This document shows, one piece after another, positions 52,837-64,000 of a stretch of 64,000 bases of DNA. Source of the stretch: Octopus vulgaris (lineage: Eukaryota); assembly GCA_951406725.2 (NCBI GenBank), contig OX597819.1:70246001-70310000 (forward strand). Reading direction: 5' to 3'. Both the position numbers and the translations under genes were made by a program. Numbering within the stretch: position 1 is the first letter of the stretch; each line of letters opens with the position of its first letter. A model generated the notes under the pieces. That model was not told the origin of the DNA. It made no database searches and worked only from the letters and a program-made list of their open reading frames with translations.

Positions 52837-53701
52837 ATTGAGGACATCTGCATGTGTAGCAGCAACACAATGCTGATGTGGGAACACTACTCCACAGGGT
52901 GTGTCGCCTGAGCCTTGTAAAAGAGTTAATAATTATTACAGAAAAAAGTCTTTTCTGGCTTTGAAGAGGTAGAGCCATCTTTGAGGTTCAGTCTTTGCTA
53001 TGTTGAAGATGTATTCCAGTTACAGAGAACATATTCCAGCAGTATTGGTTAAATCTTATCATTTAGAATGGTATTGACAGTTCTAGTTCCATATATTCTC
53101 ATTGTTCCAAGTTCAGTTCCACTGCATGGCACCTTGGGTAAATGTTTTCTACTATAGCCTTTGGCCAATCAAAGTGTTATGAGTGGATTTGGTAGACAGA
53201 AACTGAAAGAAGCCCATGGCATATATATGTCAGTGTGTGTGTTTGACCCCCGCCACTGTTTGTCAACTGCTGTTGGTGTGTTTACATCCCATAACTTAGT
53301 AGTTCAGCAAAGGAGATCGATAGAATAAGTACTGGGGTTGATTCGTTTGACTAAAAATTCTTCGAAGCAATACCCCAGCATGGCCAAAGTCTCATGACTG
53401 AAACAAATAAAAAGACAGAAAGTAAAAGGTATGTGGCAATGTAAAGGCATGCAGCCTAACTTTTAGGTGTTGCACTCATGATCATAAGATTGCGGTTTCA
53501 ATTCCCAACCTGGGTAGAGCATGGTACTCTTGGCCAAGACACTTTATTTAACATCTCTTCAGCCCATTCACCTGTAAATGAGTAGCCCTGTATCAGACTG
53601 GCATCCCATTTAGGGGAGGGTGGGAGTTTGATCATGGACACTGTGGAAACTGGGTAACCGATACTCTGTGTCCAAAGATCCAAAACAGTAATGTCCAAGC
53701 A

Positions 53702-53965
53702 CTAGTGCAGCTGGAGGGGGGGGATAGGAGCGGTCCATCCTGGGTGCCACTTTTAAAGGGACAGTACTTTTGGGTCTGCTGAAGGCAATATGTGGCCTTT
53801 TTTTATGGGGTCTGGGGGAGGCAAACGGAAGGGACATCCAGGGTGGCACTTTTAAAGGGATGTTACTTTTGGGTCTGCTGTAGGCAATATGTTGGTTTTT
53901 TTGTGGAGTCCAGGGATGGCAAATGGAAGGACCGCCCCGGGTGGCACATACTCTAGCTACACTAG
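53702..53965. mobile_element. MITE with internal ~100-bp tandem duplication
   Basis: ctagtgcagctgga / tctagctacactag termini; gggtg.cacttttaaaggga...tacttttgggtctgctg.aggcaatatgt occurs twice. Confidence 0.65.
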
Positions 53966-54398
53966 TGTGTCCAAGGGACTTACTTTACTCTATGGGGCAA
54001 TCGTTGCAGCACTTCTTTGTTGAAGAATTCAAGACTAGAATGACCCTGTTAGAGGATAAGCAGATATATTTTCAAGGTCCACATACATGGAATCCATGTA
54101 GATTTCGTTTGAGGGGTCTGTGTTGTTTGTGGATGGCACTTGGATATGGAATGTTAGAGAGGATTGAGGGTTGGTATCAAATATGAAGGAGTGGGCGTTG
54201 TTAGAGGGGACTGATAAGAGGTTTGTTATTACAGCTATATATAGTCCTGGGTTGTTGTCAAAGTTGTATGTGTTCCTGGTGTTGTTGTAGTTGTTGTTGT
54301 TGTTGTTGCTGTATGTATTTCTGTGCTGTCATTGTAGGTTGTCATGGATGAGGTATTAATGGTGGTGTAGCTGATATATCTGTGTGTCTGCCTTCCAT

Positions 54399-54429
<31 letters not shown>

Positions 54430-54740
54430 TCCACACATACATCCACACACACATATATCCACAAACTTTCACAGATACATAGACACACATCTTCACATTC
54501 CCATGTATATGCATCTACACACACACACATACACAAAATATGCATACACATATGCACACATCTAGACATCCACATGCACATACATCCACACACAAACCTG
54601 CACATACACACACACACACAAACACAGGCACACACATACATACACACAAACACACATACATGCACACACATGTACAAACACACACATACACATAAACACA
54701 CACACATGCACGCACACACACTAGTATACACACAAACACT

Positions 54741-54788
<48 letters not shown>

Positions 54789-56219
54789 CACACACAAGCA
54801 CACACACACCAGTACACACAATCACACAAACACACAAACACCAGTACACACACACACCGAGAGCCAAGTCTTCTATAAAGGAATCTGTTCACAGAGATAC
54901 CTCTGTCTTGTAGTAAGGGCCTCTTTGTGAGTCTCTATGTACGACCTACCCCTCTCCCTTTCTAGCACTGTGTGTGTGTTTGTCTATAACAGTATATGTG
55001 TGTGTATGTGGGTGAGTGTATGTCTGTGTGTACAAGTGTGTATGTGTATGAGTGTGTGTGTGTGTGTGTGAAACAGAGAGAGAGAGAGAGTGTAAGTGTA
55101 TGTCTTTGACAGTGTCTTTGTCTATTGACATATAAACAGTAGTCTAAGACAGCAAAGCTGGCTGAACCGTTAGCATGCTGGGCAAAAATACTTGGCCATA
55201 TCATTCACCTTTATGTTCTGAGTTCAAATTCCACCAAGGTCAGCTTTGCCGCTTGTCCCATTTAGGGGATCAATAAAATAAACACCAGTCGAGCACTGAG
55301 TTTGATGTGTGTGTGAGTGTGTGTGTATGTCTGTGAATGTGTGTGTATATGTGTGTGATTGTGTGTGTGAGTGTGTGTGTGTGCATATGAGTGTATGTGT
55401 GTATATGTGTGTGTGTGTGTATGTTTGTGTATGAGTGTGTATGTGTGAGTGTGTGTATGTGTGTATGTGTGTGTATGCACATATAAGTGTGTGTGTGTGT
55501 AAGAAACAAATAAGTGCCAGGTTTTGAAGAATAAATGTTCTGGGGTCGATTTGTTTGATTAAAACTAAAAATGAAAGATGCCTATCATCATCATCACCAT
55601 CATTTAATACCCATTTTCCATGCTGGCATGAGTTGGATGGTTTGACAAGAGCTGGCAAGTCAGAGGATTGCACAAAATGTCGGTGTCTGCTTTTGGCAGG
55701 GTTTCTACAGCTGGGTGCCCCTTCTTAATGCTATCCACTCGGTGTACTAGGTGCTTTTTACGTGGCACTGATAACAGTGAGGTCACCAAGTAATTTGCAA
55801 GGCAAGACCCCCTACACACACAACAAAGGGGTGTAAGTATTGAAGGGGTTGGCTTTATATCAGCTGATGAGAAGTTAATGTATGATAGGGAAACAAGAAC
55901 AGATGTCTAGTTGCAGAGGGAACACGTGGCTGCCCCTTTTGGAAAAAGAGAGAAGAGATGATGGTAGACAACTACCATATCTACGATATGTATACATATT
56001 CTTTTATTCCTCTACTGGCCTTAAAGGGTTTTAGTTGAACAAATTAACCACAAGACTTGTTGTTCATAAGCCTAGTACTTATTCTATTGGTCTCTTTTGA
56101 TGAATTGCTAAGTTACAGGGACATAAACACACCAACATCAGTTGTCAAGTGATAGTGGGGGAACAAACACAGATACACACACACATAAATATACATATAT
56201 ATATATATGTATACATACA

Positions 56220-56312
<93 letters not shown>

Positions 56313-56518
56313 ACACGACGGGCTTCTTTCAGTTTCTGTCTACCAAGTCCACTCACAAGGCTTTGGTCAGCTCGAAGCTATAGTATAAGACACTTGCGCA
56401 ATGTACCATACAGCCACGCCGGCAAACAATTAGACAATGCATGACAAGGACATTTAATTTCACTTATTTCAATCTAAATTTAGCTACATAGCAAATGATA
56501 AGAATTAGTGAAAGCTAG

Positions 56519-56608
56519 TCTCTGATAGCTGTTACTGGAGCATCCCAGCTATTGGAGCATTATATCAAACAAAGGTACTGTAAGGTGGGTATTCCTTCAT
56601 CAGAGAGA
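56519..56608 (-). ncRNA. Hammerhead-like motif with GAAA changed to GUAA
   Basis: Minus strand tctct-CTGATGA-a-ggaataccca...tgggatgctcc-a-GTAA-cagcta-TC-agaga. Confidence 0.5.
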
Positions 56609-57608
56609 TACATGGGTTAGACACTGGAAGCATGTTCCTCATTAATGATATTTACTGAGGTTCATTATGTCCAGGAAGGTAGAAGGGTCTAATTAAATCC
56701 AGTTGATTGGGTCTTTTTTAGGTAAATCCATGATTTATTGTTGGACCATCCAACAAAGGTTAGCAGATTGAAACTTTGAAGCCACCATCATCCCACCTAT
56801 TGTTAAAATATAATAAATATATATGTGTGTAAGAATATATCTATGTGTGTGTGCATGTATTATATGTATTTCTATTATAATCAAGGCCTAACTGTAGTTA
56901 AACTTCGATTAACTAAATGAGATGGGCTGAGAGCATTTTGTTTAGATAACTGATTTGATCCTAAACAAAGGAAGCCATACTGAACATAATTACATTAAAA
57001 AAAAGCATGTTTACAGAATTGTTTTGATGCCGTTCAATCGATAAAATATTGTATTCTTCTATAGAGCCCAGACACTATAAAATCTCACTTGTTTTTTTAT
57101 TTGGTTGTCAATGGTGCAAAGAATTTTACATGTTTGTTAGTAAATTCGAATTCACATTTAAGCACCGTGAACAAAAGACAAAGCAGTGTTGCTATTATTA
57201 TTCTCCAGTTTGGGTTTTATCACACAACACAATATGAATCATAAAATATTCACGAAAACTCGAGATCTTGTTTGGATAATCTAGAATTCAGATAATTGGT
57301 GTTCAGGTAGCTGAAGATTTATATTATTGTATTTAATCATTAGATATTTTGTTTTATATTTTTCTCTTTTGTATACATTCATTAAACATGTTTGATAATC
57401 ATGCTGTTTGGATAATCATGCTATTTTTGTATAGAATCATAAAATATGTTTGATAAGCTTGTTGTGTGGTCCTCCACAGAATATTATATAGAATATCATT
57501 TATATCTAATTATATTTCTTTCAACCTATAGCAACATCTACATGCTACATTGTATACATACATACATGCTTACATATACATACATATACATACACATATA
57601 TATATTTC

Positions 57609-57770
57609 TTTTTTTATTAATATTTAGCAGAAGCAACAAAGTGACTCAAGGGCCAAATATTTTGTGTGCTAGAGCTCACCAAACTTGTTTGATAAGCTTT
57701 ATAATTGCTAACATATGAAACTATTGGTCCTTCAGCCACTCTATTGCTTCTGCTAAATATCAATAAAAAA
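57609..57770. mobile_element. Small MITE/hairpin with ~47-bp inverted arms
   Basis: ttttttattaatatttagcagaagcaacaaagtgactcaagggccaa vs ttggtccttcagccactctattgcttctgctaaatatcaataaaaaa. Confidence 0.7.
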
Positions 57771-58112
57771 TGATTCAAACATATATATATATATATGTAT
57801 TTATATATTCTTTCCTTTTCTTTTCTTTGTTTCAGTCATTTGACTGCAGCCATGCTGGAGCACCACCTTTAGTCGAGTAAATCAACCCCAGGACTTGTTC
57901 TTTGAAATCCTAGTACTTATTCTATCGGTCTCTCTTGCTGAACCGCTAAGTGATGGGCACGCAAACACACCAGCATCAGTTGTTAAGTGATGTTGGGGCG
58001 ACAAACACAGACACACAAACATATACATGCATATATATATATATATATACGTCGGGCTTCTTTCAGTTTCCATCTACCAAATTTACTCAAGTAAAATAGA
58101 CACACACACACC

Positions 58113-58142
58113 ATGAATGATGATGGTGATGATGACGATGAC

Positions 58143-58173
<31 letters not shown>

Positions 58174-58352
58174 GTGATGACGATGATGATGATGGTGATG
58201 ATGATGACGATGACAACAATGATGATGATGATGATGACAACGATGATGATAATGATGACGATGATAATGATGACAATGATGACGACAACGATGATGATCA
58301 TGGTAATGATGATGATAATGACAATGATGATGATGATGAAGACGATGATGAT
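58113..58352. repeat. (GAT/GAC)n microsatellite
   Basis: Direct reading. Confidence 0.95.
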
Positions 58353-58589
58353 GAGCAGGAGGATATGATGTATGTGTCTTTTATCTTTTATTTGCTTCAG
58401 TCATTAAATTGTGGCCATGCTGGGGCACCACCTTCAAGAATTTTTAGACGAATGAATCAACCCTAGAACTTTTTTTTTGAAGCCCGGTACTTATTTTATC
58501 GGTCACTTTTGCCAAACCACAAAGTTACAGGGATGTAAACATACCACCATTGGTTGTCAAACAATAATGAAGAACAAACACACATACAT

Positions 58590-58622
<33 letters not shown>

Positions 58623-58989
58623 CACATATACACATACACATACACATGTATGTATGTACAATGAGCCTCTTTCAGTTTCCATCTACCAAATCCGTTCATG
58701 AAGATTTGGTTAACTCGAGCCTATAGCAGAAGACACTTGCCCAAGGTGTCACACAGTGAAACTGAACCCAGAACCTTGTTGTTGGGAAGGAAGCTTCTTA
58801 CCACACCTGCATATATGCGTGTGTATGTGTATTTGTTTATGTATATATGTGCGGGTTTGTGTGAATGTGTGTATATTTGTGCATCATTTATTTGACATTG
58901 CATAATAGGTGCAAATGATTTTCACTCTCATACAACCAATATCATTCATTTCCAATCTTCTGCAAAGAAATGTTAGGACATGGAGAAAT

Positions 58990-59937
58990 ATTGGTTTCAG
59001 ATTTTGGCACAAGACCAGCAATTTCCAAGGAGGGTATAAGTCTATTACATCAACCTCCCCGCCCACCACCACCCCAGTGGTAAACTGGTTCTTATTTTAT
59101 CAATCCAGAAAGGACAAAAAACAAAGTCAACCTCAGTGGATTTTGAACTCAGAATGTAAGGACAAGTGAACCATTTTGCCTTGTGCAGTAACAATTCTGT
59201 CAGTGTGCCACCTTAGTTATGGAGAAATATTTCCCTTGCTTGGAAATAAGTGCAGTTTGGTGACAGGAAGGGCATCCTTTTCTACTCTAGGCACAAGGCA
59301 CGAAATTTCTGAGGAGGGGACCAGTCAATAAGATGGCCCCCAGTACACAACTGGTATTTAATTTATCAATTCCAAAAGGAAGAAAGGCAAAGTCAACCTC
59401 GGCAGAATTTGAACTCAGAATGTAAAGACAGATAGAATACTGCTAAGCATTTTGCCTGGCATGCTAGCATTTCTGCCAGCTTGCTGCCTTATTAATAATA
59501 AATATTCTTTTCTACTCTAGGCACAAGACCCAAAATTTTTGAGGTGGGGACCAGTTGATTAGATCAACTCCTGTATGTAACTAGTACTTAATTTATCAAC
59601 CCTGAAAGGATGAATGGCAAAGTCAATCTCAGTGGAATTTGAACTCAGAACATAAAGTCAGATGAAATACTGCTAAGCGTTTTGCCCGGCATGCTAATGT
59701 TTCTTATTTCTTTATTGCCCACAAGGGGTTAAACATAGAGGAGACAAACAAGGACAGACAAAGGAATTAAGTCGATTACATCGATCCCAGTGCATAACTG
59801 GTACTTAATTTATCGACCCTGAAGGGATGAAAGGGAAAGTCGACCTCAGCAGAATTTGAACTCAGAATGTAAAGACAGAAAAATACCGCTAGGTATTTCG
59901 CCCGGTATGCTAATGTTTCTGCCAGCTCACTGCCTTG
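58990..59937 (-). mobile_element. Array of four SINE family B units
   Basis: Core aaagtcaacctc...tttgaactcagaa at ~59123, 59390, 59620 and 59836. Confidence 0.8.
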
Positions 59938-60812
59938 ACTGGAAGGGCATCCTGCTGCAGGGAAAGTACCTCAATAAACTCCACCCAACCCATTCAAACA
60001 TTGAAAAGTGGACATTAAAATGACAACAACGATTATAATGATGATGATAATGATGATGATGATGATGATGATCACATTAAGAGTACAAGTGTCTCTGGAA
60101 TACTCAACTGTTTATAATGAATAAACAGTTCAGTTCATTGAATTACAGGAATCTTTATCTAAACAAATGAAGGATCATTTTTACTTTTTTTATATGTGTG
60201 TTGTCAGGTACATGTGACAGATAATGATCATACAGATAACAAGACACAGAAAGAGAGAAGGAGAAAGAAAAAGTGGGAAAGCGAAAGAGGAAGAGGAGAG
60301 GGAGAGAGAGAGGTAGGGAGCATTCTAATTCAGTGTTCTAAATAAGCAGCGATCCGCAAAAGACTTGAAATTGTTGCATCAGTTGATAATTAGGTTTGTA
60401 ATGTTCTGGAATTGTTTGTCAGGCGTCAGGAGTTAGAATGCACCCTGCGAGAATGACAGTGGAACAGATAAATACCACATATAAATAACAACTGATTGGA
60501 AAAAAAAAATGGAGAAATGTGATTGGTCGGCAATTGGAAGAAACAATTAGATAAGGAAATAAATAAATATATAAATGAATGATATAAATGAGTTTAAAAA
60601 AGGGGTAAAATCTTTATTTAATACAGGTAAAAAAATCAGGTGAATTATGTAAAATGATGTCAACAAACAAATACAAAGAGAAAGATAGAGTACCATCTTT
60701 TAGGTTATTTATGTATATATAATTGTATATAATATATCATTTAACACATATAACATATATGTTATATATAGATAAATAGATAGCTAGATAGATAGATAGC
60801 TAGCTAGCTAGC

Positions 60813-60874
<62 letters not shown>

Positions 60875-60876
60875 TA

Positions 60877-61372
60877 CAGGGTGTCCCAAAAGTCACTGAT
60901 GGGTTTCAATTTTTAATAACTTCCTTAACTTTACAAATAAATGCATGAAATTTTGATATGATATAAAAAACATAATGGAAATTAATATGCATGATTTCAT
61001 TTTTACAGCACCACTACATCACATATGAAAAATGACATCGCTTAAATGACAACCATTTTCGGTTTCGCACACCTGTGCTCTTTCCAAAACTTGCACCATA
61101 ACACCCTCAAGAATTTCAGATCCCACTTCTCCGATTTCTCTATTGATATTCTCCTTCAGTTGCACCAGGGTCTTCAGTTTGTTGGTGTAAACACTCTCTT
61201 TCAGGTATCCCTACAAGGAAAAATTTGGGCTGGTAAAGTCTGGGGAATGTGAAGGCCAGTTGACATTGCCATAGTAGGAGATTATTCTCTCTCCAAAGCA
61301 CTGCCCTAGCAACTGCATTGTTTCTCTTTCGGTATGAGCAGTTGCACCTTCTTGCTGGAACCATGCTGTAAA
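60877..61372 (-). mobile_element. 3' half of a DD41D (rosa-type) Tc1/mariner transposon
   Basis: TA-cagggtgtcccaaaa terminus; WFQQEGATAH...WPSHSPDFTSPNF with 41-residue spacing between the decayed catalytic positions. Confidence 0.8.
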
Positions 61373-61441
61373 GTGGTGATGGGGGGACAAACACAGGCAC
61401 ACACACACACACACACATATATATATACATACATACATATA

Positions 61442-61484
<43 letters not shown>

Positions 61485-61674
61485 CAGGCTTCTTTCAGTT
61501 TCCATCTACCAAATCCACTCAGAAGACTTTGCTCAGCCCGAAGCAATAATAAAGGACACTTGCCTAAGGTGCCACGCAGTGGGACTGGGCCCAGAACTCA
61601 TTATCGCCATGGGCTCCTTGAGAGCGGTCAGCTAAAAGTTTTTTGTGCATTTTGATGTCGACATAAGTTCCTTG

Positions 61675-61759
61675 ATTTTCCTGATGAGAAATCTGCATAA
61701 TGTACTCCTTATTCCTTCGGAATTAGGAATATGCAGCCTTCGAAACATATGTCGAGAAT
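61675..61759 (+). ncRNA. Type I hammerhead ribozyme motif, intact core, GUC cleavage triplet
   Basis: attttc-CTGATGA-gaa..ctgcata...tatgcag..ttc-GAAA-catatg-TC-gagaat. Confidence 0.8.
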
Positions 61760-62972
61760 AAAGGATATTTGTTAACTAGTCGTTCAACTCCATTCTTTCA
61801 TATACTTATAATTTTAAAATATATATATATATATATGTATAGAAAATATATATATATACATATGAGTGTGTGTGGGGTGCACCGCTTGACAACTAGTATT
61901 GGTTTGTTTACATTGTTTCAGTCATTTGACTGTGGCCATGCTGGAGCACTGCCTTTAGTCGAGCAAATTGACCCCAGGACTTATTCTTTGTAAGCCTAGT
62001 ACTTACTCTATTGGTCTCTTTTGCCAAATCACTATGTTACAGGGACGTAAAAAACACCAGCATCAGTTGTCAAGCAATGTTTGGGGGACAAATACACACA
62101 CACAAACACATACACACACACACACACACATACACACAGAGATATATATACGACAGGCTTCTTTCAGTTTCCGTCTACCAAATCCACTCCCAAGGCTTTG
62201 GTTGGCCCGAGGCTAGAGTAGAAGACACTTACCCAAGGTGCCATGTAGTGAGATTGAATCTAGAGCCATGTGGTTGGTCAGCATAATCTGCACATCCAAA
62301 CAGTATTAATTGAATATTGAATATCAAGACTCTCTAAATTATAGTAGACTTAACAAGGTATGCATTATTTTCTAAACTCATTCTGCCACAGATATGACAG
62401 AAGAAACCATGTAAATATTTTGAGTTCCATTATTGATGTAAATATGTAAAAGAAATGCTTGTATCCTTTATGTTTGAAGTCTATGCGGTCATCTGACGAG
62501 AACAGTTTCTTTCAAATGATGTAATGTTTTCATTAATTAAAGGACCCACTTGAAACGGCTGCAATGAATTGACACCTGTACATATTTGTTACTCATTTAT
62601 ATATAGGTGGAGGCTATATATTAGAAAACACTTGTAGAAGGTACTGTGCAGTGGGACCGAAACTGGAACCATGGGACTGGAAACAAACTTCTTTCCCCCA
62701 CAGCCATGTTTACACCTAATTAAAGGATGAGTTCTAGGGTATCACAAGCAAATGGTCATGCTCTAATGACCAGCTGGAGCTGGAACAGATAATCAAATCA
62801 GAGTAAGTACTTAATTGCTACTTTATTTTATCAGTATTTTTTTAAAGTACGTTGGGACAATTACGATGGAATTTGAACTCGTAAATGAATAAACCTCAGC
62901 AACATTATATGACAAAGAAGTTGATCACATAATTATCTTTAGTTAGATATTTAAAAATACAGCCATGTAGTT

Positions 62973-63012
<40 letters not shown>

Positions 63013-63429
63013 CTGCAAAAGGAAAATAAAAACCTGTTTTAAATCCTCTATTTTTTTATATTATTACGAAATATTTAATTACCAGATGTTATGCACCAAA
63101 TGGGAAGCCATCTAACACAACATTAATTTCATAAGAACTGAGTTTATTGTCATTGTATACAATGATAAAAAAGCTTGTTCATCATCATCATCATCATCAT
63201 AATCCTCATCATTTAATGTCCATTTTCCATGCTGGCATGGGTTGGATGGTTTAACCAGAGCTGGCAAGTTCTAGTCTGATTTTACTTGGTTTCTATGGCT
63301 TGATACCCTTCCTAACACCAACCACTTTACACTGTATGTTGTGCCCTTTTAATGTGGAACCAAACAAGCATTCATGCCACTGTGTTTTTGTATTATTTTT
63401 ATATTTTTATGTAATGTTATAAATGTGTG

Positions 63430-63471
<42 letters not shown>

Positions 63472-63559
63472 TGTGTGTGTGTATGTATGTATGTATGTAT
63501 GTATGTATGTATGTATGTATGTATGTATGTATGTATATGTATATATAGACATATATAGG

Positions 63560-63880
63560 ATCACTCCACCGGTTATGACAATGAGGATCCCAGCTGATAC
63601 GATCAATGGTACAGCCTGCTAATGAAATTAACGTGCAAGTGGCTGAGCACTCCACAGACACATGTACCCTTTACGTAGCTCTCAAGGAGATTCAGTGTGA
63701 TACAGAGTGTGACAAGGCTGGCTCTTTGAATTACAGATGCAACTCATTTTTGCCAGCTGAATTAACTAGAGTAATGTGAAATAAAGTGTCTTGCTCAAGG
63801 ACCAATGCGTCACCGGGAACTGAACTCATGACCTTACGATCATGAGCCGAATGCCCTAACCACTAATTCACGTGCCTTCA
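63560..63880 (-). mobile_element. SINE family C variant
   Basis: Tail shared with 43420-43600; head tgaaggcacgtgaattagtggttaggg. Confidence 0.8.
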
Positions 63881-63885
63881 TAGAC

Positions 63886-64000
<115 letters not shown>

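Overview
Eukaryotic, AT-rich, gene-poor DNA made almost entirely of transposable-element relics and microsatellites. The SINE, RTE and simple-repeat landscape resembles an octopod cephalopod genome (inference, not a database match). I can support no intact host protein-coding gene; most listed ORFs are translations of (TA)n, (CA)n, (ATC)n and (GATA)n tracts or SINE copies. Recognisable elements include a full-length decayed DD34D mariner nested in a ~770-bp foldback element, and a non-autonomous Helitron nested in a second foldback. There are also a Penelope RT/GIY-YIG relic, an R4/Dong-type relic in (TAA)n, RTE and CR1 LINE 3' ends, two further Tc1/mariner relics, piggyBac- and hAT-type MITEs, and dozens of tRNA-derived SINE copies. 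The most striking unannotated signal is about ten hammerhead-ribozyme (HHR) motifs of Penelope type. Three have intact catalytic cores (28810-28886, 29644-29683, 61675-61759). One sits in a Pol III tRNA-headed, inverted-repeat element (3985-4470), and one HHR-like motif has its three core strands in non-canonical order (826-880). All alignments, folds and coordinates were read by eye.
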